64,000 nt of DNA, from assembly GCF_964355755.1 (NCBI RefSeq), contig NC_092673.1, positions 15,596,948 to 15,660,947 on the forward strand, given 5' to 3'. The DNA comes from Antedon mediterranea. Lineage: Eukaryota; Animalia; Echinodermata. Shown piece after piece: positions 49,801 through 62,406 of this stretch. The notes beneath the pieces were generated by a model. It saw only the letters and a program-made list of their open reading frames with translations. It was not told the DNA's origin and made no database searches. The translations under genes were made by a program, and so were the position numbers. Numbering within the stretch: position 1 is the first letter of the stretch; every line of letters starts with the position of its first letter.

Positions 49801-52800
49801 CAAATACGCGCGCAGTACAAAATTGTTGCCATGAAACAACAAAGTAGTGTAGTTAGTACGCATCGAGATATTAAGCCGATATTGAGTATATCACTGGTAG
49901 TACGTAAGTGTGAATACGTGATTAAAAAAAAGAAAATTGTGGGGTATGTGGTGAAGCGAATTTTTACAGATAGGCCTACAGATAACTTTTATTGTCGAAA
50001 TAAACTGGAAATTGCATTTTTCACTTATCACAAAAACAGATATCCAAATATACAGTAGTATAAAAAATAATAACACACCACGATAACAAAATAATATGAC
50101 ATTAATTTTAAAGGACACCCCTTCTAGATGATGGCCGGCCTGAAGTGGTACTCTCGCGCACGTAAAATTAAATAAATTATGATAAATGGCACCAGTAGTT
50201 CGCCGGAACTTACACTTTTCCTTATAGCTAATAGCAAAACAATCATAGCTTATTTTTAGTCTACAGCTCATTATATGTCGGCGATCGTTTGGTTGGTCGG
50301 TCAGTAAACACTATCGTAAATCTTCTAATATAGAAACATAGGCGTAGATCAATCGCGGTAGATTTTGAACATGGCGAAATTAATGTTTTTCAAATCCAAA
50401 GGGTACTACAATTTACAAACAATTTGTATTTAATCTTGTAATTACATTTATTAATAATCTTGTAATAAATCTGGGAGATCGTTTAATTTGAATTCAGAAA
50501 AGTTATATTAAATTCGTCGTATTGGCCGTAGCCAGGATCTGCCAAGTGTTCGGACACTAAGTATTTGGGTCATTTCCATGCGAACGTACGTCTGGAACCC
50601 AGAAAGCAAATTTTGGGTGAGAAGGCAAATTTAATGCTTATTATTATAGCTCTATCTATATTTATTTACAGCAACTTTTTGAGGAAATTCAATATATCAA
50701 TGTAAATAGGTGGTATTGATACAATAATGATCGTATCGGCTGGTGGCTAGAAAAAATAATCGGATGCTATAATGTAAACTACAGTAGATGAATGATACCA
50801 TAGATATTATGTATTATAATAATATTAATGTTCACTATATTAAATCCTTCATGATGATGATACACTTCATAGCCACACATAAATACTGTAGGTAACCGCA
50901 GCTTTCCATTTTTTGCCTCACTTAGCCCATGCTAAACAACAATAGGTCTTGCCTTTCTAGAGGCCGCCTACGGTGTATTATGCAAAAAGAATTAATGTAA
51001 GATTAACTTAAAATGTAAAAGCCATCACACTAAAACACCGTCCAACGTGATCACTGCTGAACATCGTGGTTTGCAAGCTACAGAGGGGAATCCCCAAATA
51101 ATAGCGTCTCCACGCTTAATAAAAGGCATGCAGAATTGAGTGATTTCAGGGATCATTAAATTCCATGTGGTGTTCACCACACACCCATACAACATAGTTG
51201 GAAATATATGCCAATTAAAGTCAAATTGAGACGATTCCTTGCGTTGTTTGCTTAAAAAGAAAAAAAAAATCCAATAGCGCGCGATTACGCGATCTAGGTC
51301 TACATCTTCTAGGTCGGCAAAAAAATGCCGGTAAAGCGTGGTGCCCACTAGACGCAACGTTTTTTTCATTTCATTTATTCCACATTTATTTAGTCATCAA
51401 TTACAGTACATCATAATTACAGTACAACTGAGAACAGGGATCCTGCATAAAAAAGCTATAGCTTCGTTTTTTTGTAGGACCCTTTTACATAAGAACAAGT
51501 ATATAGAACTTAAATAAACAAAGGTGTTGTTAATCAGCATATAGTGATAAAAAGTATTTTTTAACCTGTTTTTTTATACATTTATTTTGTAACGTAGCGA
51601 CGTATCGACGCAAAGTGCTGTATTGCGTAATCACAAGTGGGAACCGACGACGCAACAGTGCTGCAAAAATCGCAGGTTTGATATCAAGCAGGCGGGGGAA
51701 CACAACACGTTGCGTAGGTTGCGTTAAGCGTGGTTCCCACTAGCGACGCAACACAAGGACGTAACGCAACGCAAGTGAATTGACCAATCACAAGCGATGG
51801 CTTATTCGCTTGTGATTGCTAACTGTCTATAACTTCGCTTGTCATTGGTTAAAACTTGCGTTGCGTTAACGTCCTTGCGTTACGTTCTAGTGGGAACCAA
51901 GCTTGAGTGGTAGGCCTATGTACGGCATACATCCTCATAGCAGGACTATAGAAACTTAGAGATCGAAATTCACGCTTTATGAAACCTTAAGAGAAATTAC
52001 AACAAAAACCTTATAAAATTCTCCCATAGATTTCATTATATGGATCTGCTGGGCCGTTACGAGGTGTCTAGCTGATGATTTAACTTTATCAGGCGTGGTT
52101 CCCACTAGAACGCAACGCAACGTAACGCAGCGACGTATCGACGCAAAGTGATGTATTGCGTAATCGCAAGTGGGAACCGACGACGCAACAGTGCTGTAAA
52201 AATGGCAGGTTTGACTTCACGCAGGCGGGGGCAAACACAATTATTGGAAGGGCATTTGCTTACGTTGCGTAGATTGCGTTACGTTGCGTCCAAGCTTTAC
52301 AGAGAGAAGGAATGTCGAAAATAGCGCAAAAAACGTTTGACATTTGCCCTTAGACGTTAAAGACATCAACTCAACATGCTGATCCTGATCGTCGGCATGA
52401 CTTTTATGGCGTTTATTGTTCCGGAGGGTTTTTAGGGAGTTGTTCTTTATTCGAGGAAGGCGTTCTTTATTCGAAGGAGTTGTTCTTTATTCGAGGGAGG
52501 CGTTCTTTAAGCGTGGTTTCCACTAGCGACGCAACGCAAGGACGTAACGCAACGCAAATAAATTGACCAATCACAAGCGATGGCTTATTCGCTTGTGATT
52601 GCTAACTGTCTATAAGTTCGCTTGTCATTGGTTAAAACGCTTGCGTTGCGTTGACGTCCTTGCGTTACGTTCTAGTGGGAACCAAGCTTCAGGGGTATTC
52701 GAGGGAGGCGTTCTTTATTCGAGGGAGGCGTTCTTTATTCGAGGGAGGCGTTCTTTATTCGAGGGAGGCGTTCTTTATTCGAGGGAGTTGTTCTTTATTC

Positions 52801-55800
52801 GAGGGAGGCGTTCTTTATTCGAGGGAGGCGTTCTTTATTCGAGAGAGTTGTTCTTTATTCGAGAGAGTTGTTCTTTATTCGAGGGAGTTGTTTTTTATTC
52901 GAGGGAGTTGTTTTTTATTCGAGGGAGACGTTCTTTATTCGAGGAAGGCGTTTTTTTTTTATTCGGTTTTTTTTTGGGTGTAATATGTTAACATGTATAA
53001 TCAAATAAAAACCTCCCAGATATAAAAAACAAATACAACACAAAATTAATATCGAGAAGTGATAAAATACAGTAAAATTTGTATGACAATGCTTGGTAAA
53101 TTGTATATCATGTTAATCAATGAATTCTGCTACAAAAATGTGTTGTATACATTAAAATATTGTGTATATATGCATGCGTTTAATCTGAGAAATAAATAGG
53201 AGTTTGTTCAAGAGAGGCGTTATTCAAAATTATGTTCTAATTGTAATTTAGAAGTGTTGGGTGGGGGATATGGACCATGTGGATCCGCCATGGATGGCAG
53301 TTACTCACTACTACTTCGTGCTGGTATGGGAATAAAATGAATCAGTAACGAAGTGCTATGGCTCTTTGGCCATACCAAAAATAACAGAAACAATTAGAAG
53401 ACTGATATTTGCAGGACACTGTCTTCGCAATAAATAAGAAATTATATTAATAATAATAATTAAATATAATCCTGTAATTGCTAATATTTAATATTTTTCT
53501 ATTTCTTGTATATCTTTCTTGGTATTTCCATTTTTTGTATACTGTAGTTCTTTTTTAATGAATTTTTGGTCATTTATCCATAGTATTTATATTTAATCAA
53601 AGAATATATATCACAAGAATGAGTAATCCGCGATTTTCCCTGTAACAGTAATATTGTCCATGTGGTAGGGCGCCGCCATAAGTGTGGATGTATCTGGGAT
53701 GTATACAACTTTTTGTGAAGTTTCACTAATCAAATGCTGGACCACCGGAGTATTTTCCGATGATAAAAATGTTATCAACTACATGCCAACATCATGTTAA
53801 ATACTATTTGAATATTTAATTGTTCGTTTTATGCAATTTATTTAGTAAAAACTGCCGTATAAACAGTTTGATTTATCAACCGGGCGCTACGATAGCGTGA
53901 CCGGGCGTGTTGGTGTTTACGCGTTTTCACGAAGGATAGTTTAATAATATTCCTATATTTAACTTGTTTCTGGTAAAACAAATAAATGTTAATGACATTT
54001 AACATTTTCTCCTATTAATAACATGTGTTTTATACTAATTTATATCATAAAAACAATACTTAATTTACCGGGCGTACAGTAGTACACGGCAATGGTAAAG
54101 AATAGGCCGTGCTGAGTAATATTCGTTGATTTTTGGTGTTGCTGTGTTAGGCCTTTTTTGTGAACTAACTTAGCATGTTAGTAAATAATTGTCTGTAAAA
54201 GTGAATAAACACTAGTTTGTTAATAAATATGTATTATAAAATAGTTTACAATTGCAAAAACTATCATCATAATTCTATTTAATGTGACATGTATCATGTC
54301 TATTAAATCAAGTCTTATTTAGTATGTATACATCCGCCCTTATGAGGGCGGGCATCACTCACAGGAGCTCTCTGTTACAAATTTCTCATGCAAAAATCGC
54401 GGAATACTCATTCTTGTGATATATATTCTTTGATTTAATGGAAGCTAACTTTCCTTCTGTATCGAGGACAATAAAAGTATTTCACCTATTTAACAGTACT
54501 AATAATAAAAACCCAATATTATAGTAACAAAATATATGATTATTTTCTAATTATTTATTTTTCTTTTAACTCAATTTTTATTGTTAAATCATTCTTACCT
54601 CTAGATCGGCTTCTTTCATTCTCATATAAAATTCATCATCTTCTCTGCCCCATCCCCAAAATTTGTTGGACAGACCATTCAACTGTAATACAATTATTAT
54701 ATTCAAATTATAATGTAAACTATATATATTATACTATACCAGGTATATTACCCTGTATGGTTGGTTATTTTTAGCAAACAATTAAAATGATACAGTATTA
54801 TTATACATTAATATTATTGAATGAATATCCAGAATAAAGAAGATTTCTATCTACAGTATCTATTTATATAGTATGCATATAATGACTAATAAAAAGGCAA
54901 AATTTGGTCCAATTGCCAAACCGCAACATTTTGGAAGAATTGGGGAAAAATCAAGATGTCATGACACTGTGTCAAATATGATTGGGGGTCAATAAATGTG
55001 GGGCTAATAATTATTTGTTTATTTAGTAAAATTGAATTAAAATAAATAATTTTATTAAAATTAAACTGCTGCGACAATCTCAAAAGAAGATACTGATCCA
55101 GGTGTCATGGATATAATACAAGCACGGCCTCAAAGTGAAATTCTGGTACAGTGTAGACAAAAAACTCATTTCAGTCAAAATGGGTGAAATCAAGGTAATC
55201 TAACAACAGGACGCTGAGTATGCCAATGTAAGAACTTGTAGCAGTCCTTTTGATCTTATGTCTGGCTGCGAAAATTACCAACAGGAATGTACATATTACC
55301 TGTGGTGCTGTGTCTTTTAACCAAACATTTGAGGAAGCCAATTGGCTAATCGAAAATCAGTCAAAAAGTTTAGGGGGCGTTAAAATGACTGTGTAGCAGC
55401 TACAGATAAACCCTTTGATCGTTGGAGCTCAGCATCCTGTTAGATTGCCGTTGGTGAATACATACAGTATCTGTGTTTTTGAAACAACTCAATACAATTT
55501 AATAATAATAATAATAATATTTATTCGGCAAAAGTTCTAAAAAGTTTTCCAATACATCTTGCCAGGAGCAAGTAATAAGCATGAGCCCAAACACTGCTCT
55601 TACTCCATCAATACTTATAAAATACAAAAATAACAAAACTAGGTTGTACAAATTAAGTAAAAACAAAACAGATATAAAGAGAACACAAATTATAAATAAG
55701 CTGCATTGAATAAACAATGTAAAAAATTACAACTTAATATTTTGAGATCAAATGTTTGGTGAGTTACCATTTGATAGTGTTTCATCTGCAATAGAAGTAT

Positions 55801-58398
55801 GCCACCAACAAATGTCTTATAGCTATACCGAGGATGGAGTTCGTAAGATGATAAGTGATGCGGACCATTCTTGACGACATCGAAACTGTAACTTAAATGT
55901 TCGTTCCTTGGCAACAAGTCCACATCATGCATTACTAGGTAATGACATTTTTCTTTGGCTTGCATGTAGCCTATATTTAGTAAAGATGCTCTATTAAATC
56001 TGAAAAAAAAAAAATTGTTATTTTATATTATAATGATCATAATAAAATAAAGATGACCTAAACTAATAATATCTTATAAAGTGCCTGATGTTGTGAAACA
56101 TCTAAAGCGCTGTACATATTATTACCCCGGTCATTTTTGGATTAATATGTATGGAAAAACTCTCCTAATGCAGCTATTAATCAGTGTCTTGACCTTACTC
56201 ATTTGTACACCTGAATAGAGAGAGGCAAACGTAAGTAAAGTGTCTTGCCCAAGGATACAAGCAATGTAACAAGCATTGGATTCAAACCCAATCTCATGAT
56301 CAGTAGTCCAACATATAACACATTACAGCACACACTCTAGACAATGGAGACTGTTGATGATGTTGATATTCTCAATCTCATCAGAAGTAACAATAACATT
56401 GATATAAAGTTTAATTGACTCAGCATATTAATGTTAAAACATAGAGAATAATAATACATATCGGATAAAAATTGTGTTGGTTGTATTAATCTGTAATCTG
56501 TGTATCCTTGATGTACAAACGGTGAACACCACCATTGCTGGTCAGTGTTTTTAATCGCATACGATGGTCAGAAGTCAAGTGCAAGAAGATCAGTTAATAG
56601 CAGAGTGCGCACCGCTTTTGTGAAAGAATTTTCAATGTCAATGGTTTTCACTTTATTCTTAAAGCTGCTAGGTTTGGTTCCATTCATCTAGCGGATGGAT
56701 TCCAAATCAGGAATTGTCTTTGGGTAGGGTGTCTTTTAAATTGGTTGCTATGTGCTTGTATTTGCCAGTAAAGTACTTGATTGCCTAGTTAGTGAGATTA
56801 TGTCAGTTCTTTGTTTAATGATGGTGATAATAATGTAGAGGTTGATAATGATGACTATGATATACTGTATGATTGATTGATATATGCAGGGAAGAATTAG
56901 ATGATGATGATGATAATTGATGATGATGTCTATTATAAAGCCTACTGTAATACAAATGTCTCTAAAGCGATCTATACAAACAAAAAGTCAATAAAGTATT
57001 AACGTCGAATGAAAAATTTGTAAATGACGCAGTGGAATCATTTCTATCGCTCCGTTTTCCAGCATTTTGAAGCTCTCAAAGTTAAAGTGGAAGACTGTAT
57101 GCTATCTTATTTATAAAAAATTATTATTAAATATTATATATATATATAATAATATATACAGAAAAACTTGTTCATTGGTTGATTCTACTGAAAAATTTGA
57201 GAGTAACCAAACTGGCCGCATTTTTCGGATAAGACAATCAATTAATTGTCTAACCAAAAACGTCATTTATCTCATATACTGTAATATTTGTGGCAAACAG
57301 TACGTCGGAGAAACAAAAAACACTCTCCGTATGAGAATGACACAACATAGATCAGCTATCAAAACATTAAAGCTTGATCAACCTGTAGCCGAACATTTTA
57401 ATTCAGCTGGTCACTCGATTGCAGAGTTATTGCAATAGACCACGATGTCAAATGGAGCGACAAAACTCGCAAAGACAAAGAAAACCACTGGGAATTACTA
57501 CTTAAAACCACAAAACCTTTTGGACTTAACATTAGGAACATACTCCCAGATCGGTAAAATTATTCCATTGACTACCAAAATTTAAGTTTCAATATTTACC
57601 ACCATTTAAGCTGTTTTTTTAGTCTCATTCCAAAATTGTTTATATCTCTACCAAGCTACCTTCTTTGTTTTCTACTCTTATTCAGACTCCACCCTGGCAG
57701 CGCTTGCCAGCTTTATACTATGACGTTATCCAAATTCATTCACTTGCACTGATGAAGGGCTAGTGTTGCCCGAAAGCTCTGCTAACTTTTCTGGCTGTTT
57801 ACTTTATCGTTTTGATTTAGCTTTTCGCTTTTTATTTTTGTATCTCCATTGAGATCCAGCCACTGATACCCACAGCATTGTCATTTTTTTAAGTAATTTG
57901 CCTAGGATTTACATATAATATACTATTATTATTATTGGTAATTATCTGATGATAGAGAAGAAATACCTACCTATATCCATCCACTTGGTTGACTATATAA
58001 AATTCATGTCGTACTTTCTGCATGTTTAAAAATTTATCCATATATGGAACAAATTGTAGAAGTTCTTCAAAACGGTCTCGAAACGGAACAATAATGGCCA
58101 GCACTTGAGGTTGCCAGTCAGTCATATCAACAGCATTTTCATTTAAATTTTCATTTTTACCAATCTCATTGTCTGTGTGTTCTTTTTCTCGGCTACATTT
58201 AATGTTTTTCAGCCTATGTTCAATTTCTTCCGAACTCTCACAATTGCAGTTGGTGTACGTTATCATCAGCACCATTGAAACTATACATGTCAAGAATATT
58301 AGTACTATAAACAGTTTTGTGATTGTTAAACGCCCAACTTTGGCCATCTTTAAGACAGTACCCCTCCACCATTTGTTGCATCTATAACGAAACATCAT
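40824..58398 (-). CDS. B4GALT7: Beta-1,4-galactosyltransferase 7 (xylosylprotein galactosyltransferase I), 5 coding exons
   Basis: Exons 58398-57971 (TM anchor, [26 protein letters not shown]), 55999-55788 ([30 protein letters not shown]), 54682-54599 ([18 protein letters not shown]), 41492-41388 (HMHD...RD), 40988-40824 (TPWC). GT-AG sites and phases are consistent. Confidence 0.95.
44014..49368 (-). CDS. Coiled-coil-repeat + protein kinase gene, copy C, nested on the same strand in B4GALT7 coding intron 3 (10 repeat exons)
   Basis: Exon 1 ATG at 49368 ([15 protein letters not shown], an in-frame 3-bp indel versus A); repeat array ~46003-48059; kinase ORF 44014-44694 intact. Confidence 0.78.
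48690..49305. repeat. TAGGCCTA-rich tract in intron 1 of copy C
   Basis: Same composition as the A and B tracts but only patchily alignable. Confidence 0.85.
51334..52689. mobile_element. Cluster of nested palindromic MITEs (TIR AGCGTGGTTCCCACTAG), PIF/Harbinger-like
   Basis: Complete ~180-bp copies at ~51727-51903 and ~52510-52688; related longer variants at 51334-51725 (interrupted by a LINE-like 3' end at ~51360-51588) and 52091-52297. Confidence 0.75.
52436..52960. repeat. 20-bp minisatellite (ttctttattcgagggaggcg)n interrupted by a MITE
   Basis: Units at 52436-52508 and 52696-52960. Confidence 0.92.
53595..54435. mobile_element. Non-autonomous DNA transposon with ~42-bp TIRs
   Basis: aatcaaagaatatatatcacaagaatgagtaatccgcgatttt versus aaaatcgcggaatactcattcttgtgatatatattctttgatt. 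Confidence 0.8.
56100..56340 (-). mobile_element. Degenerate tRNA-derived SINE
   Basis: aagcgct..., gagagaggcaa..., aagtgtcttgcccaagga and ggattcaaaccc (reverse B-box-like), typical of core-domain SINEs. Confidence 0.5.
57160..57900 (+). mobile_element. Penelope-like element 3' end: GIY-YIG endonuclease fragment + pseudo-LTR
   Basis: [19 protein letters not shown]...RMTQH...VAEHFN; continues after a frameshift to [18 protein letters not shown]. Confidence 0.88.
57744..57785 (+). ncRNA. Minimal type I hammerhead ribozyme of the Penelope pseudo-LTR
   Basis: ttgca CTGATGA a gggc tagtgtt gccc GAAA gct C tgctaa: both core boxes, stem II gggc/gccc, palindromic AGCT stem III, stem I gca/tgc. Confidence 0.8.
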
Positions 58399-59017
58399 TA
58401 TTCTGTTAGTAGCAGTAAGTAACTGAATAAAATCAATTCTAAACTGAATATTAATTGATTCAAGTAATTGTTGTTATATTTTTGTGAGCGCAACATCTGG
58501 CCTATTAAATCTAAACTAGGCTTTGCCTGTGGTAATAGTGTACTATTGGTATTCAGATTTATACATTTAATATTGTACGCCAAAAGCTTTTTAATTAGGT
58601 TTAGGATTAAAACAATACCAGGAACAGTGATAACAGTTGGTACTTAATTTTAAAATGTGCATCACAAAAGTCAATACTGTATTCATTATAATTAATATTA
58701 ATGTCTGTAGCTAAATATAGGGTAATAATAACATAGTGCAAGGCAACAAGGCACGCAGGCAAGTCCAAAATTTATGAGATGCATCTACAAAAAATGCGAG
58801 GCATTTCACAATAAGTGTACTGTGAGGCAGAGGCAACATATTGTTTGTACTACCTAGCAGGATTACACCAATTATTATTATAATATCAAAAATGATTAAA
58901 TTATTTTCGACATAGGCCTCTAAGGTTAGGGCTATGTGACAGAATGACAAAAATCATAGTAAAAATATTAAACAACATGATGAGTTTATACATGAATCTC
59001 TTTAGATATAGCCTGTA

Positions 59018-59907
59018 CATGGAGGTATAAAATAGAAGGAGAGAGCTTGAATGTATTGTAGCGCGTTAACAGGATGTTGCCATAGTATTTTCAAAGCCAA
59101 AGCCTTGTGCCGACAGCGCGCTGCGCGGACTTTGTTACCAACGTCAGCCGGCACCTCTAGTCAGCCCTCTATCACAGAGGAGGTGAGATCCTAAAAAATA
59201 CACAAACAAACACATATACTTTTGGCATGCGCAGTGCTATTGTTTGTGTTATAATTGTTGCGCAATCAAATGTTTGCTTCCCGCTTAAAAAATCTCTAAA
59301 TATTGATACCAAACACGTTTACATATGACATTTTAAGCAAATTTTATCAGGCTTCCAATCTATTATAGTTGTTATTGTAATTTACTTGCTGTTTATGCAA
59401 TTATATGTATTTCGATAAAATATTAATAGACGTCGTCAGACAGCTGTAGTTTTGTGTGAAGAACACATGGTTATTACTTTACATTCTTACGTTAGTCGTT
59501 GGGCTGTCGATGATTGCCGGCCAAAGACATTGACGAAATACATTAGGCATATTTCGCGGGTTTGTTGACAATGGATGGGGGGAGGTATTCGATTACAAAA
59601 CCGTGACTAGGTCTATAGTTTTAGGCTAGGGCCGGAGTAGTCCTTACATAAAAATTATTATAATCTAGACTAAAAATATAATCATTGCTGTAGCAGCCAT
59701 TTTATCTCCTCTGCATGCAGAGTAAACAAGCATGTGACGTCACGTCGCCGATATCAGGAGGCATGCGCAGTGACTCGGAACGCGACTAGGAAGCGACAAC
59801 GCGGAGAGGCACACTGCGCGTAACATTGTGTAACATGCTGAGGCGGCGGACTACGTAGTACAAAGGCTTGTCTTCCGAGCTCTCTCCTTCTATTTTATAC
59901 CTCCATG
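59018..59907. mobile_element. P-element-like MITE, 30-bp TIR, 7-bp TSD gcctgta
   Basis: catggaggtataaaatagaaggagagagct and its reverse complement at 59878-59907; TSD at 59011-59017 and 59908-59914. Confidence 0.85.
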
Positions 59908-60330
59908 GCCTGTATGAAATAAAATAATTGATTTATATAATATTATTTTAGTATTATAATAGCATAGTAGTGTAGCACATTAAGATATAATATATTATTG
60001 TGAATAGTTCCAGCTAGGCCCTCTCTCTCTCTGTTTCAAAGAAGCAGGAAGCTAGGCCTAGGTAAATGGATGACAACATTAACAACGATCGAGACCACTA
60101 GAAAGGTGGAGGAATACAGGCTACTCTACTACGACGGCCTTCTTCTTTCACGCGAATTACCATCCACACACGTCACACACACAACAAGGCTAGCCTACCT
60201 AGCTAGGTAGCCTAGCTTAGCCTGGGTTAGGCCTAGAGTGGGGGAGAGAATGAATTAACCAGAAAAATAAATGAACCAACGTGCTCTACTCAATGGGTTA
60301 TTTTCTTATTTTCCAAATATTGATACTTAC

Positions 60331-60490
60331 TTTAAAATAACATTATATTTTTTATAAATCTTCAATGTTTCTTAATCAACGTGTCACTTCTTGTTTCTTG
60401 TTGTAATTACTCAAGCGTATCGACACACGGCAGCCGTTTTTAAATTTAGAATAATGTTTTGGTGTAGCGCCGCCTGTGACGTAATTCTGA
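60331..60490 (-). promoter_or_regulatory. B4GALT7: Probable non-coding first exon and promoter of B4GALT7
   Basis: Strong donor |gtaagta at 60330; acceptor ctaacag at 58403 just before the ATG; CRE-like tgacgtaa and GC-rich agcgccgcc at ~60466-60484; TAGGCCTA tract just downstream. Confidence 0.5.
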
Positions 60491-61371
60491 ACTTTTGCCC
60501 AATAAAAAATGACCGAAGCCCAACTTATTCATGTTTCTGTCTTAATTTATACATCAACAACTCCATACCCTCTATCGTTTCAGCACACGTGACAGAGTAT
60601 AAGACTGGGAAATTGTATGTTGTCAACATACTTGATTTAATTCAAAACCACCCTGTCATTTCATACTTAATACTGTTATAATGTTGCTGTCTTGACTAAG
60701 CTCCACCTGGGCCTACACCCTTCCCTGGGACTGACCTAAGAACAGTTTGAAAAATATAAAATCGGAATTATACTTCGAAATATTAAACAAAAAATAAAAG
60801 TCTACAGGACCAGCCCACCATGGTTGGGATGGAGCTAAGAAAATTAGAAAAATACTGAGCTGCTAGGGCTATTTGCGTGGTGCAGCACCTCACCGCTCAC
60901 AACCCCACTAAACTTATATGCAACTCCAACCATGGAGTAAGAAAGCTGCAGGGAGCAATAATACTATACGCAGTCATTTTATACAAAAATGTTAAACTGT
61001 ATTTATTCAAATTTGTTATTGAATAAACACCCCACATGGAGCAGCATCATTTGAAATTCCCACTTTGAATAGAGGCCCCTGTCCACTTCATAATATATAT
61101 AAACTCCTGTCTTGTAGATAAACGAATAAACACTGTTTAGTGACAGCTGTGTATGAATATTGTTTTATGCGCAATCCTTACCTGTGTGCAATTCAGCCCA
61201 GTTAAAATGCAAGACACAAATAATTCTTCCACACTTAAATTTACATGGTATATGCTTTTTTAATAAAGATTGTACAGTATTTACATGTTTACAGTATAAT
61301 TTTTAATCATTTTATAGATAACATTGTAACAAAATTATTTACCAAGCAATAAAATCTTTCTTTCCTTCAAA

Positions 61372-61872
61372 GTCGTCGCTAGAACACAAAACGATGTCTA
61401 TAGACGTGAAATCCCGTTTGTTTGACGCATACATATCAAGTATTTTCTTATATAACAGTGAACTCTGGGTACTAAACAAAAAATTACAAGAGAGTATAGA
61501 TATATATCACAGGAAAATGTTGCGAAAGATGATAGATATTAAATAACAGATAGAGTGTGTAACACGAAAATATACGAGATAACAAAACAAGAAGAATGGA
61601 GTAAAAGAATTAAACAAAGGAGACTAAAATGGTATGGACACATAATTAGATTACCGGATGATACCCCAATCAAACAAACAATGAAGGAAACTAACAGGAA
61701 AGTAAAACGACCCGTAGGAAGACCAAGAAATAACTGGATGAATCAAATAAAGAAAGACTTACAAGGACAAGTAGACACTAACACAATAACAAACCATCCT
61801 GCCATAAACAGAAAAAAAATGGAAACAAATTGTGGAAAGCGTAATGTCGGAAGACGGAAAACGTTAACACCG
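61372..61872 (+). mobile_element. RTE-clade LINE 3' fragment flanked by a ~120-bp direct duplication
   Basis: LYNSELW, RRLKWYGHIIR, RPVGRPR..W motifs; flanks 61250-61371 and 61873-62002. Confidence 0.78.
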
Positions 61873-62406
61873 ATATGCTTTTTTAATAAAGATTGTATTT
61901 ACATGTTTACAGTATAATTTTTAATCATTTTATAGATAACATTGTAACAAAATTATTTACCAAGCAATAAAATATTAACAATATTTAGTCCTTTCCTTCA
62001 AATAATTTAATAGGCATGTACACACAGGGTGTGGATCCTGGGTTTTTCAAACAGGGAAAACCCTGACACACTCTCTATATAAAAGTTTAAAGAAAGAAAA
62101 GAAAATTTAAACTTTCCTGTAGCACGGTATGGAAAGCCAAACCCGCCAAAAATACATAATACATACCATCCACCAATAATTAATTCGTACAAAATTCAAA
62201 CCATCCAATATTATCTCATGCAGTTCAATGAAAACTTAAACCATTCACCTAGTATCTACACCATCCAATACAATGTGTGACCATCTACCACTAGCCCAAA
62301 CGACAGTACGCCGAACAAACTACCCATAACACAAACCATCTAAAGAATGTTGAGCCCAGGCAGCAATAATTGAATTAATCTAACGTTAATACAAGTATAT
62401 ATTAGC

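Noticed and set aside
49891-51369. 126-aa and 114-aa minus-strand ORFs in the unique part of the B4GALT7 intron
   Set aside because: No domain motifs or consistent splice structure; composition is typical of random AT-rich ORFs.
52599-52991. 130-aa and 110-aa repetitive ORFs
   Set aside because: Translations of the 20-bp minisatellite and a MITE.
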